A DNA stretch of 43,923 nt from an uncultured Sideroxydans sp. (GTDB lineage Bacteria > Pseudomonadota > Gammaproteobacteria > Burkholderiales > Gallionellaceae): positions 1 through 43,923 of the forward strand of contig CAZMSI010000001.1 in NCBI GenBank assembly GCA_964568895.1, in the 5' to 3' direction. Both the position numbers and the translations under genes were made by a program. Positions 1 to 8,978 of the stretch are shown here, piece after piece. A model generated the notes under the pieces. It did not search any database, had not been told where the DNA came from, and saw only the letters and a program-made list of their open reading frames with translations. Numbering within the stretch: position 1 is the first letter of the stretch; each line of letters opens with the position of its first letter.

Positions 1-325
1 CTGCCCAGGGCAGGGCGGTCAGGAATTCGTTGTGCTGTACCAGGATGCGCCATATTACCCAGATCGATGCCAGGCCGCCGCCGAACGCCAGTGTGCTGCG
101 CATGAAGCGCCATGAGGATTTTGATAGGACAACGCCCAGCAGCGCGGCGAAGACACCCAGCAGGATAACTTTGCGCGTTGCGGTGAGTGGTTCGATGCCG
201 AGAACGCCAATCATGAAGGCGGTTACCAGGAATCCGGCAATCAGGGCCAGCCCGCTCAGGTTCCAGCGCCGGAGCAAAGCCGCTGCGAGCAGCGCCGTAA
301 AGAATGGTGCGATACCGCCTTGCAT
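1..325 (-). CDS. hypothetical polytopic membrane protein, N-terminal part only (gene runs off the left edge)
   Basis: The reverse-strand frame is open from the window edge to ATG at 325, with an in-frame TTG at 352 preceded by GGGAGA. Translation MQGGIAPFFTALLAAALLRRWNLSGLALIAGFLVTAFMIGVLGIEPL... is hydrophobic and helical with GC-rich third positions. No family recognised. Confidence 0.55.
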   Translation of the reverse strand, partial: MQGGIAPFFTALLAAALLRRWNLSGLALIAGFLVTAFMIGVLGIEPLTATRKVILLGVFAALLGVVLSKSSWRFMRSTLAFGGGLASIWVIWRILVQHNEFLTALPWA

Positions 326-774
326 GGCGGGATGGTTCAATAGATCTTGCAACTCGTTCTCCCTAGTTATTCGGGTTGGTTGCGTCGGGCAACCCGGGTT
401 TCGTCATTGCCGATTGAATGGCGCCAAATTTATTCTAATTTAAACCGGTAGTTGCGCTGAAAAAACGCTGCCAAGCGTGCGTAAAATTTATTTTTAAATA
501 CAGCATCCAATTCGCAGCTTGAATCTTTCAAAAAAGTACGACCTTGAGTTGTGCCGATGGTTCCCGGCGCGCTGGTGGCGGGCGGCAAAATGGTAGATTG
601 AGACGGCATTCAACCTGATGGAGTTTGCGGCACGCAATGTATGTTCCTTTTGTACTCACCCGCTTGGCGGCTCTGTCCGGCATCATGGTGGATCGCGTGC
701 TGTTCAAGAACGACCTGCGCAACGCGGTCCGGGTGCCGCGGCATTGCATTCCGCTTAATAGCAGTGTTTCAATC

Positions 775-814
775 AAAACAATAAAGGCTTGCCGGAGCAA
801 GCCTTTATTGTTTT
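775..814. terminator. bidirectional rho-independent terminator downstream of mlaA
   Basis: Perfect palindrome aaaacaat-AAAGGCTTGC-cgga-GCAAGCCTTT-attgtttt. A 10-bp GC-rich stem is flanked by an A-run and a T-run, and the mlaA stop is at 829. Confidence 0.8.
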
Positions 815-828
815 GTGCGGTGCGTGTG

Positions 829-1737
829 TCAGTGCCGTGCTAGCCAGATTCGATATACAACATGTTTCGGCTCCGCGATTGTAGTGGCGGATGTTGCTGC
901 CGGCGGAGCAGTTTTCTGCGCCATGGTTGGCGGCGGAGCGGTATTGGTGCTGGAAGACTTGTCGGGTTCGGCCTTGTTGCCGGAACCGGCACCGCCGCCA
1001 TCCATGGGGGCGCTGTCATCGTCTTCATAATCCTCGTCATCATATTTTATGCGCGGCGGATTGCCGTCATAGACCAGGTTGCGCCGGCGTGACAGGTATG
1101 CATCGCGGATAAAGGAATAGCGATCGATCACGGCCTGATTCAGAACTTTTTCCTGGCTTATGAATTCTGCGCGTTTATTGACAGCCTGCAGCAGATATAC
1201 CTGGTTGCGGGTGCGCATATCGTTGATGCGGCGCAATCTGCTGGGACGGCTGTCGACATACAGTCCAATGCTGTCGCGCAGGGTGCTGGGGCCGAGGATT
1301 GGTAGCATCAGATAAGGGCCGTTTTCAACACCCCAATAGCCGAGGGTCTGGCCGAAATCCTCGTTATGTTTCGGATAGCCAACGACGCTCGCGGCATCCA
1401 CCAGGCCGAAGGCGCCAACCGTAGTATTGATCAGCAGGCGGCCGGTATCCGAAAAGGCCTGTCTCGGCTTGAATTGCAACAAGTCGTTCAGGGTGACGAC
1501 AATATCGTCCAGGTTGGAAAAGAAATTATGCACCATGATTTTGCCTGTCTGGGGCATGACGGCGTTATAGCCCTTGGCTGCAGGCTTGAGCACCAGCTTG
1601 TCCACGGTATCGTTGAACTTGTAGATGCTGCGGTTCAGCGGTTCCAGGGGATCCTGCGGATTACGGTACGCCGAAGTCGAAGCGCAGCCGCTCAGGACAA
1701 GAATGGCGAGCAGGGACAGTAATCGGGAAATGACCAT
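829..1737 (-). CDS. mlaA: MlaA/VacJ family outer-membrane lipoprotein (phospholipid asymmetry maintenance)
   Basis: Lipobox LVLSGCAS, then the VacJ core (DPLEPLNRSIYKFND, NFFSNL, INTTVGAFGLVD, FGQTLGYWG, GPYLMLPILGPSTLRD). Carries a ~70-aa acidic, Pro-rich C-terminal tail. Confidence 0.9.
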   Translation of the reverse strand: MVISRLLSLLAILVLSGCASTSAYRNPQDPLEPLNRSIYKFNDTVDKLVLKPAAKGYNAVMPQTGKIMVHNFFSNLDDIVVTLNDLLQFKPRQAFSDTGRLLINTTVGAFGLVDAASVVGYPKHNEDFGQTLGYWGVENGPYLMLPILGPSTLRDSIGLYVDSRPSRLRRINDMRTRNQVYLLQAVNKRAEFISQEKVLNQAVIDRYSFIRDAYLSRRRNLVYDGNPPRIKYDDEDYEDDDSAPMDGGGAGSGNKAEPDKSSSTNTAPPPTMAQKTAPPAATSATTIAEPKHVVYRIWLARH

Positions 1738-1840
1738 GTAGCAATTATTCTTAAGTTATTGGCGCAATTATAGGAGGAAAGGCGGCATTGGCAAAGTGGC
1801 CGGCAGGATTCGCCGGATTGCGGATTGGGTATCGTGCCGG

Positions 1841-2404
1841 TTATTTTTCCGGCGCAGCAAGGCTGGCGATGCGGAATTGGAAATGGCCGGCTTGGCGGTC
1901 GGCGAAATAGTCCTGCAGGGTAAAACGTACCGGCCGGAAGGCGAGCTGGTCCCACGGGATATCCTGTTCCGCAAATAAACGCACATCCAGGCTTTCCACG
2001 CCGGGACTGAAAACCGGATCCAGCAGTCTGGCGCGGAACAGCAGTTGCACCTGGTTGATATGGGGCAGGTTGTACAGCGCATACAGATCGCCCACCTCGA
2101 TGCGGGCGTTGGCTTCTTCCAGCGTTTCACGCGCCGCACCCTCCATGGTTGTTTCGCCGTTTTCCATGAATCCTGCCGGTAACGTCCATAAGCCGTGACG
2201 CGGCTCAATAGCGCGGCGGCACAGCAGGATGCGTCCATCCTCCCATTCCGGGATGGCGCCGATCACCAGCTTGGGGTTGTGATAGTGGATGGCGGCACAG
2301 GCGGTGCAGATGTGGCGTTCGCGATTATCATCCGGCGGTTGGCGCAGTTCCACGGGTGCGCCGCATTCGGGACAGTATTTCACGCTGCTTCCAGGGGGCG
2401 GCAA
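1841..2404 (-). CDS. NUDIX hydrolase with N-terminal zinc-ribbon
   Basis: CPECG...CTAC zinc ribbon, then the NUDIX box GFMENGETTMEGAARETLEEANA. Confidence 0.85.
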   Translation of the reverse strand: MPPPGSSVKYCPECGAPVELRQPPDDNRERHICTACAAIHYHNPKLVIGAIPEWEDGRILLCRRAIEPRHGLWTLPAGFMENGETTMEGAARETLEEANARIEVGDLYALYNLPHINQVQLLFRARLLDPVFSPGVESLDVRLFAEQDIPWDQLAFRPVRFTLQDYFADRQAGHFQFRIASLAAPEK

Positions 2405-2413
2405 GTCATGACG

Positions 2414-3202
2414 CTATCCCCAGAATTGCCACCACGGCTTTTTGCCCTTTTGCAGGATGAATTTTTTCCCGTGGGTATTCAGATCGAGCACGCGCTGTGC
2501 ATCGTCGCGCAGCTTTGGCATGTCCATGGCGTCATAGGACTTGACCATGATTTTCAGCGCATCGTGCGTTTCCGGAGAGCTTGGATAGTTGGTGAGCACG
2601 TCTATCGCGCGGTCTACTGCGGCCACATAGGCGCCATGCTGCATATAGTAGTCGGCAACATGGATTTCATGCCGCGCCAGCGTATTGATCAGGTACTGCA
2701 TGCGCACCTTGGCGTCGGGCACGTATTTGCTGTCGGGGAAGCGCGTCACCAGTTCCCTGAATGCGTCAAAGGAATCCTGCGCACCCTTGGGGTCGCGGTC
2801 GGCAAGGTCCTGCTGAATGAGGGCGCCGAAATAACCAAGGTCTTCGTTGAAGTTGATCAACCCCTTGAGGTAGTAGGCATAGTCTACATGCGGGCTGTTG
2901 GGGTATTGCTTGATGAAGAGCTCCGTTGCGGAAAGCGCCGATTCCTGCTCCTCCGCCTTGTAATAGGCATAGGCAATCTCCAGTTGCGCCTGCTGCGCAT
3001 AACGGCCGTAGGGATAGCGTGATTGCAGCTTCTGCAGCAGTCCGACGCTGTCGTCATAATTGCCGTCATCCATCTGGGACATTGCATCTGCATAGATATC
3101 TGCCGCCGGCCTGACTTTGCCGGAGTCCTCGCTCGGCAAGGGAGTGAAAAGACTGCACGCAGTTAGGGAGAGCAGCAAAATTAAGGCTAAACTATGGCGC
3201 AT
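2414..3202 (-). CDS. bamD: outer membrane protein assembly factor BamD (YfiO/ComL)
   Basis: Lipoprotein signal MRHSLALILLLSLTAC and TPR-like repeats (YPYGRYAQQAQLEIAYAYYK, YPNSPHVDYAYYLKG). Divergent from rluD as in E. coli. The ORF track's longer start at 3232 was rejected in favour of the signal-peptide Met. Confidence 0.9.
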   Translation of the reverse strand: MRHSLALILLLSLTACSLFTPLPSEDSGKVRPAADIYADAMSQMDDGNYDDSVGLLQKLQSRYPYGRYAQQAQLEIAYAYYKAEEQESALSATELFIKQYPNSPHVDYAYYLKGLINFNEDLGYFGALIQQDLADRDPKGAQDSFDAFRELVTRFPDSKYVPDAKVRMQYLINTLARHEIHVADYYMQHGAYVAAVDRAIDVLTNYPSSPETHDALKIMVKSYDAMDMPKLRDDAQRVLDLNTHGKKFILQKGKKPWWQFWG

Positions 3203-3235
3203 GGTTGAATCCGAGAAAAAATTATCCGGCAATTA

Positions 3236-3314
3236 TACCAAAGGCAGGCAATCCACTACGCAACAAGTTGCGTGTAGAGTTGACACTACCAAAGGCAGGC
3301 AATCCACTACGCAA
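3236..3314. repeat. direct repeat, two identical 28-nt copies 51 nt apart, in the bamD/rluD divergent region
   Basis: TACCAAAGGCAGGCAATCCACTACGCAA occurs at 3236-3263 and 3287-3314. Each copy is followed by a short related hairpin-forming segment (ctacgcaac-aa-gttgcgt / gcaat-ca-attgc). Confidence 0.9.
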
Positions 3315-3338
3315 TCAATTGCTCAGGATGATACTGAT

Positions 3339-4331
3339 TTGGACGACGAGACAGGTCTCGACGAAGCGGTTCCGCTGGAATTGACCGTGCCTGGCGAATG
3401 CGGCGGCATGCGCTTCGACCAGGCGCTGGCGAAGATGCTGCCGGAATATTCACGCAGCCGGCTGCAGGACTGGATAGCGCAGGGGCTGGTGACGCTGGAT
3501 GGTGCCGCCGCGACCATCAAGCAGAAAGTGTCGGGTGGCGAGGCCGTCATGGTGCAACCGCAGCTTCATCCTTCCGAGCAGCCCTATCGTGCCGAGGACA
3601 TTCCGCTCGACATCGTGTATGAGGACGACAGCATCCTGGTCATCAATAAGCCGGTGGGACTGGTGGTGCACCCGGGCAGTGGCAACTGGCAAGGCACATT
3701 ACTCAACGCCTTGTTGCACCATGCGCCGCAACTGGCGCAAGTGCCGCGTGCCGGCATTGTGCACCGTCTGGACAAGGATACCAGTGGCCTGCTGGTAGTA
3801 GCCAAAACACTCACTGCGCAGACCGCACTGGTGCGGCAACTGCAGGCGCGCAGCGTGCACCGCGAATATCTCGCGTTGGCTTGGGGGGAAGTGGCGCACG
3901 GTGGCACAGCGAATGCACCCATTGGCCGCCATCCCGCGCAGCGTACCAAAATGGCGGTGATCGATAATGGCAAGCCCGCAGTTACGCATTACAGCATAGA
4001 GGAACATTTTCCCGATATTTCGACAAGCTCAAGAAGTTGTACGCTGTTGCGCTGCAAGCTGGAGACCGGGCGCACCCACCAGATCCGCGTTCATCTTGCA
4101 TCCATTGGCCATCCGCTGGTGGGCGACAGCACCTACATCAAGGGGCCGCAGAAGTGTTCGCCGCAACTGCGCCCCATTCTTTCCGCTTTTCCGCGCCAGG
4201 CGCTGCACGCGGAGCGGCTGGGGCTGGAACACCCGGTTACCGGGGAATGGATGGAATGGCAGGCACCACTGCCGGACGACATGCGGCAACTGCTGCAACG
4301 GATCAGGGAGTGTGCTCATGGGCCAGCTTGA
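3339..4331 (+). CDS. rluD: 23S rRNA pseudouridine(1911/1915/1917) synthase RluD
   Basis: S4 domain (RFDQALAKMLPEYSRSRLQDWI) and the catalytic motif HRLDKDTSGLLVVAK, collinear with E. coli RluD. The start is uncertain. TTG 3339 with AGGA upstream is preferred because 3201-3338 has low GC3 and rare codons. ATG 3201 is the alternative. Confidence 0.88.
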   Translation: MDDETGLDEAVPLELTVPGECGGMRFDQALAKMLPEYSRSRLQDWIAQGLVTLDGAAATIKQKVSGGEAVMVQPQLHPSEQPYRAEDIPLDIVYEDDSILVINKPVGLVVHPGSGNWQGTLLNALLHHAPQLAQVPRAGIVHRLDKDTSGLLVVAKTLTAQTALVRQLQARSVHREYLALAWGEVAHGGTANAPIGRHPAQRTKMAVIDNGKPAVTHYSIEEHFPDISTSSRSCTLLRCKLETGRTHQIRVHLASIGHPLVGDSTYIKGPQKCSPQLRPILSAFPRQALHAERLGLEHPVTGEWMEWQAPLPDDMRQLLQRIRECAHGPA

Positions 4332-5055
4332 ACATTGCATCATTCCGGACTGGCCCGCGCCGCCCAACGTAAAGGCGCTGCAGACCACGCGCAACGGTGG
4401 GGTCAGCTCCGCGCCCTATGACAGCCTTAATCTCGGCGACCATGTCGGCGACGCGCCGCTGGTGGTGGCGCGTAACCGCATGTTGCTGGCTTCGCTGCTG
4501 CCGAGCGAGCCGGTGTGGCTGAAGCAGGTACATGGCACGACAGTGATAGATACCGAAGTTGCCGGTTGTGGAGCCCCCGAGGCCGATGCCTGCATTTCGC
4601 GCCATCGTGGTGCGGTGTGTGTGGTGATGACCGCCGATTGCCTGCCAGTGCTGCTGTGTGACGAACAGGGCAGCGTGGTGGCTGCGGCACACGCCGGCTG
4701 GCGCGGTTTGTGCGACGGCGTGATCGAGCAGGCGGTGCGGGCAATGAACGTGCCGCCGCAGATGCTGATGGCGTGGCTGGGGCCGGCTATCGGGCCGCAT
4801 GCGTTTGAGGTGGGCAGCGAGGTGCGCGAGGCGTTCATCGCCAGACAGTCGCAGGCTGCAACGGCCTTCCTGCCCGGGGTGCCCTGCAAGTGGCTGACCG
4901 ACCTCTATCGGCTTGCGCATCTGCGCCTGAATGCGCTCGGCGTCACCCGCGTTCACGGTGGCGGCCTGTGCACCTATACCGAACGCGAGCGCTTCTTTTC
5001 CTACCGGCGCGATGGCGTTACCGGGCGCATGGGAACTTTCATCTGGCTGGAATGA
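4318..5055 (+). CDS. pgeF: YfiH/PgeF family (DUF152, laccase-domain) peptidoglycan editing factor / purine nucleoside phosphorylase
   Basis: Motifs SAPYDSLNLGDHVGD, ADACIS, VMTADCLPVLL, AHAGWRG and C-terminal FFSYRRDG. Overlaps the rluD stop, and the order rluD-yfiH matches E. coli. Confidence 0.88.
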   Translation: MGQLEHCIIPDWPAPPNVKALQTTRNGGVSSAPYDSLNLGDHVGDAPLVVARNRMLLASLLPSEPVWLKQVHGTTVIDTEVAGCGAPEADACISRHRGAVCVVMTADCLPVLLCDEQGSVVAAAHAGWRGLCDGVIEQAVRAMNVPPQMLMAWLGPAIGPHAFEVGSEVREAFIARQSQAATAFLPGVPCKWLTDLYRLAHLRLNALGVTRVHGGGLCTYTERERFFSYRRDGVTGRMGTFIWLE

Positions 5056-5100
5056 TATGCCGTAGTGCTAGAATGCAGCCAGTCGCTCGGGAGAAACAGG

Positions 5101-5988
5101 ATGTACCACACCATTGAACAATTCATCGGCAACACACCGCTTGTCAAACTGAAGAACATTCCGGGCTATACCAGTAACACCCTGCTCGCCAAACTGGAAG
5201 GCAACAATCCCGCCGGCTCGGTGAAGGATCGTCCGGCGCTGTCGATGATCGTGCATGCCGAGCAACGCGGCGACATTCAGCCCGGCGATTCGCTGATCGA
5301 AGCGACCAGCGGCAATACCGGCATTGCGCTGGCGATGGCGGCGGCGGTGCGGGGTTACAAAATGATCCTGGTGATGCCGGAAAACCAGAGTGTGGAACGC
5401 ATCAAGACCATGCGTGCATTCGGCGCCGAGTTGATACTGACGCCGAAGGAGGGCGGCATGGAACAGGCACGCGACACGGCCGAGAAGCTGCGCGTGCAGG
5501 GCCACGGCATGATACTCGACCAGTTCGCCAACCCGGACAATCCGCTCGCGCACTATGAAGGCACCGCACCGGAAATCTGGCGCGACACCGAGGGCGGCAT
5601 CACCCATTTCGTCAGCAGCATGGGCACCACCGGTACCATCATGGGCTGCTCGCGTTTCTTCAAGGAAACCAATCCGGAGATCCAGGTGATCGGTGTGCAG
5701 CCGGCGGAGGGCGCGCAGATCGCCGGCATCCGCAAATGGCCGGAAGCCTACCTGCCGAAAATCTACGATCCGAAAAACATCGACACGGTGGAATATGTCA
5801 CCCAGCAGGAAGCCGAGGAAATGACACGCCGTCTGGCCAGCGAGGAAGGAATTTTCTGCGGTGTTTCCTCCGGCGGTGCGCTGGCCGTTGCCATGCGCAT
5901 ATCGGAATCGGTGAAGAACGCCACCATCGTGTTCATCGTGTGTGACAGGGGCGATCGCTATCTGTCCACCGGGGTGTTCCCCGCATAG
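5101..5988 (+). CDS. cysM: cysteine synthase B (O-acetylserine sulfhydrylase, PLP-dependent)
   Basis: IGNTPLVKL, KLEGNNPAGSVKDRPA (PLP lysine) and ATSGNTGIALA. About 295 aa with the CysM-type short loop. Confidence 0.88.
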   Translation: MYHTIEQFIGNTPLVKLKNIPGYTSNTLLAKLEGNNPAGSVKDRPALSMIVHAEQRGDIQPGDSLIEATSGNTGIALAMAAAVRGYKMILVMPENQSVERIKTMRAFGAELILTPKEGGMEQARDTAEKLRVQGHGMILDQFANPDNPLAHYEGTAPEIWRDTEGGITHFVSSMGTTGTIMGCSRFFKETNPEIQVIGVQPAEGAQIAGIRKWPEAYLPKIYDPKNIDTVEYVTQQEAEEMTRRLASEEGIFCGVSSGGALAVAMRISESVKNATIVFIVCDRGDRYLSTGVFPA

Positions 5989-6495
5989 TCAGTAGTCTTG
6001 GTCCTTGAACGCGGCCGTCGAACCGTCCATCGCCTGCTCGAGTTGCTGCCGCGTCAGCGGTCCCTGATGCTGGCCAACCAGTTTGCCGGAGGGTGAATAG
6101 AGGAAGCTGGTTGGCAATCCGCTTACACCGCCGAAGTCGCTGGCAATGTCCTCATTGCCGAATACGATGGGATAGGAGATGGCCTTGTTCTTCACCACGT
6201 TGGTTACGTCCTGTCTGGCACGGTACATAACCGCCACACCGATGACCTGCAAATCCTTGTGTCGCTCCTGCATTTTGACCAGGTCCGGCATTTCCGCCAG
6301 GCAGGGCGGGCACCACGGTGCCCAGAAATTGACCAGCACCCATTTGCCGTGCAGTCCGTTCAGAGAGATACGGATGCCGTTGCTGGACAGCAGAGACCAG
6401 TTGTCGGCGCGGGCATTCAGGCTGAATGCCGATGCGAACAGCAGCGCTGCAATCAGCGCCACCGTCCGCAGGGCAGTGTGTCGTACTTCTCTCAC
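5989..6495 (-). CDS. periplasmic TlpA/ResA-like thiol:disulfide oxidoreductase (thioredoxin fold)
   Basis: Signal peptide, then NFWAPWCPPCLAEMPDL (WCxxC active site). Lies 32 nt downstream of the OMP gene on the same strand. Confidence 0.85.
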   Translation of the reverse strand: MREVRHTALRTVALIAALLFASAFSLNARADNWSLLSSNGIRISLNGLHGKWVLVNFWAPWCPPCLAEMPDLVKMQERHKDLQVIGVAVMYRARQDVTNVVKNKAISYPIVFGNEDIASDFGGVSGLPTSFLYSPSGKLVGQHQGPLTRQQLEQAMDGSTAAFKDQDY

Positions 6496-6527
6496 GGCCG
6501 TTCAGACAGCAGCTGGTCGAATAAAGT

Positions 6528-7553
6528 TCATTCGAAAGATTGTCTCACACCCAGCGTCAGCGTGTAGCGCGGGACGAGCTGCAATGAATTGACATCCTGG
6601 TATACGGGAAGCTGCACGAAGCCGTAGAGGCTGGTGCCGCCGCCAATCCGCAGCGTGGCGCCGGGCGCGAGGTAGGCCAGCGTGCCGCCGGTAGCGGCAC
6701 CGCCAGTCAGCGCGTCGGGCGGCGTGGCGGCCGCGCCGGTATCCGGACGGCGATGGACCAGGTTGAGTTGCAGCATGGGCGTGAATTTCGCTCCGAATTT
6801 TGCCTGATGGATGCCGGTATTCAGCGAATAAGTGTCGCCGGGATGGTAATCCAGGCCGCCAAAGGATTTGGTTGCAACGGCATGTTGCACGGTTCCCTGT
6901 ACGAACCAGCCGTACTTGCTGAAAGTGCCGGAAGTGTAGCCGCCGAGAATAAGATCGGTCGAGCCGGTGCCGATCTGCAGGCTGGGGTCCACGGCCGAGC
7001 CGTCGTTGAATGTTGTGTTGGTGCTCCCGGTCGGCAGTTTTGCGCCGACGATCAGGCCGGAGGTGCGGTCGGCGGAAAAACCGGTGTAGCGTCCGACGAC
7101 GCGAATGTCGCCGATGCTGCTGTCAGACGAACTGAGGTAGGTAGAGCCCAGCGGGACGGTGCTGCCGTAGGTGCCGTGGGTGCGGTCAAGGTAAGGGACA
7201 TGAACGCTGATGCCCCAGACGTCGCCGGTATAGTTCAGCGAGGCAGTGATGGTTTGTGTTCTGGTGAAAGACTCGATTTCCTGGCCCGCCGCCAGCAGGC
7301 TGCCGATCTGCGCGGCGGATGCGCTGCCCGTGCCATAGCGTTGCTGATTCTGGTTGAGGTAGCTGTATGCGAGATCGAACGAGAAGCCGGGCGTAGTGTT
7401 GATGCCCTGGGTTTGCCAATTGGTGGACAGTGTGCAGCCGCAGGCGGCGCAGGCGGATGCCTGTCCGGCATTGACCAGACCGGTGCCGGCGATGATCAGG
7501 CTGAGCGCGATTCGCAAAGCCGGACGCAGCCGGCTGGCGTGAAGCTGTTGCAT
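6528..7553 (-). CDS. outer-membrane beta-barrel protein (MetA-pathway/phenol-degradation-like transporter family) with N-terminal CxxCxC motif
   Basis: Signal peptide ...LVNAGQASA followed by CAACGC. The rest alternates Gly/Ser/Thr/Tyr beta-strand pattern with IGDIRV and AKLPTGS motifs and an aromatic-rich C-terminus. The family call is from memory. Confidence 0.7.
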   Translation of the reverse strand: MQQLHASRLRPALRIALSLIIAGTGLVNAGQASACAACGCTLSTNWQTQGINTTPGFSFDLAYSYLNQNQQRYGTGSASAAQIGSLLAAGQEIESFTRTQTITASLNYTGDVWGISVHVPYLDRTHGTYGSTVPLGSTYLSSSDSSIGDIRVVGRYTGFSADRTSGLIVGAKLPTGSTNTTFNDGSAVDPSLQIGTGSTDLILGGYTSGTFSKYGWFVQGTVQHAVATKSFGGLDYHPGDTYSLNTGIHQAKFGAKFTPMLQLNLVHRRPDTGAAATPPDALTGGAATGGTLAYLAPGATLRIGGGTSLYGFVQLPVYQDVNSLQLVPRYTLTLGVRQSFE

Positions 7554-7655
7554 GAAAACTCCCCCTGTTTAGTGATTATTTAAAGCATCACAATTCTAGC
7601 GGGAAGCGTGGTGCGAACACTGCGACATATTGCCGCAGGGAGGCAGGTTCTGGTT

Positions 7656-8978
7656 CTAGTCGGCCCGGGCAATCTGCGGCTGTCTGGCCAGCGGCGGGTT
7701 CTGTGCGAAGTAGCGCTTGATGCCATCGAAAATCGCATGCGCGATTTTTTCCTGGAATTTCGGATTGCGCAGGTGTCTTTCCCCGCTGGGGTTGCTGATG
7801 AACGCGGTTTCCACCAGGATCGACGGGATGTCCGGCGCCTTCAGCACGGCGAAGCCGGCCTGTTCGACATAGCCGCGGTGCAGGTTGTTGACGTCTCCCA
7901 GGTCGCCCAGCACGAACTTGCCCAGCTTCAGGCTGTCGCTGATGGTGGCGGTCTGCGACAGGTCGAGCAGGGTGCGCGCGAGATAGGGGTCCTTGGGATC
8001 GATGTTCACGCCGCCGATCAGGTCGGCCTCGTTTTCATTTTTCGCCAGCCAGCGCGCGGCGGCGCTGGTGGCGCCATGTTCGGACAGCGCGAACACCGAT
8101 GTGCCGCTGGCCCTGGAATTGACGTAGGAATCGGCATGGATCGAGACGAACAGGTCGGCATGCGCGCGGCGCGCCTTGACCACGCGCGTGTGCAGCGGAA
8201 TGAAGTAGTCGCCGTCGCGGGTCATTACCGCGCGCATGTCGTCGCTGGCGTCAATCAGGTCACGCAGCCTGCGCCCGATCGCCAGCGTGACGTTTTTTTC
8301 CAGCGTGCCGTGGCGGCCGTGCGCGCCGGGGTCTTCGCCGCCGTGTCCGGGGTCGATGACGATGGTCAGCTTGCGTGCCCTGAGCTCAGGCTGGGATTTG
8401 CTGGCGGTCCTGGTCGGGGAAGGTGTGCCGGCTTTTGCGATATCCATTTGCGCCGGCGCCCCGGCCGGTGAGGACGATGAACTTTGCTGCGTTTCCGGTG
8501 GCGTTACCGCCGGACTGCTTGCCGCGGCAGTGGTCTTGCTGTCCACCAGCGCCATCAGCGGATCGACCGGCGTTTCGGGATAGATGTCCAGCACCAGGCG
8601 GTAGCCATAATTCGCCACCGGCTTCAGGCTGAACAACTGCGGCTTGACTGCGGCCTTGAGGTCGAGCACCAGGCGTACCACGTCCGGCTTGAATTGGCCT
8701 ATGCGTATGCTCTTGATGTATGGGTCGTCATTACCGACTTTTTTCACCAGTGTATCGAGCGGGCCGTGCAGGGCGACATTATCCAGATCGACCACCAGGC
8801 GCGAGGGGTTGTCCACGGTGAACATCTTGTAGCTGAGCGGCTTGGAGGATTCCAGAGCCAGCCGGGTATAGTCCTGGGCCGGCCAGATTCGGGCGGAACT
8901 GATGGCGATGGCGGCCTGCGCTTGCGGCAGCCAGAGCAGTACAAGCAGAGTGATCAGTTTGGCAATTTGCCTAAGCAT
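7656..8978 (-). CDS. amiC: N-acetylmuramoyl-L-alanine amidase with N-terminal AMIN domain
   Basis: AMIN domain (RIWPAQDYTRLALES...RLVVDL), a Ser/Pro-rich linker, then the Amidase_3 domain (IVIDPGHGGEDPGA, SIHADS, LVETAFISN). Follows tsaE as amiB does in E. coli. Confidence 0.9.
   Translation of the reverse strand: MLRQIAKLITLLVLLWLPQAQAAIAISSARIWPAQDYTRLALESSKPLSYKMFTVDNPSRLVVDLDNVALHGPLDTLVKKVGNDDPYIKSIRIGQFKPDVVRLVLDLKAAVKPQLFSLKPVANYGYRLVLDIYPETPVDPLMALVDSKTTAAASSPAVTPPETQQSSSSSPAGAPAQMDIAKAGTPSPTRTASKSQPELRARKLTIVIDPGHGGEDPGAHGRHGTLEKNVTLAIGRRLRDLIDASDDMRAVMTRDGDYFIPLHTRVVKARRAHADLFVSIHADSYVNSRASGTSVFALSEHGATSAAARWLAKNENEADLIGGVNIDPKDPYLARTLLDLSQTATISDSLKLGKFVLGDLGDVNNLHRGYVEQAGFAVLKAPDIPSILVETAFISNPSGERHLRNPKFQEKIAHAIFDGIKRYFAQNPPLARQPQIARAD

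Noticed and set aside
540-780. Cobalamin or TPP riboswitch in the large gap at the left end
   Set aside because: Fragments such as UGAGA…AACCUGAU and GCCGGACAGAGCCGCC resemble pieces of the TPP and B12 boxes. The flanking conserved elements (GGGGUGC, AGGGAA, GCCACUG) are absent. The plus-strand candidate also has no downstream gene.
7420-7470. Cyc2-like fused cytochrome-porin interpretation of the OMP N-terminus
   Set aside because: The motif is CAACGC, with no histidine after the second cysteine. It is therefore not a CxxCH c-type haem attachment site.
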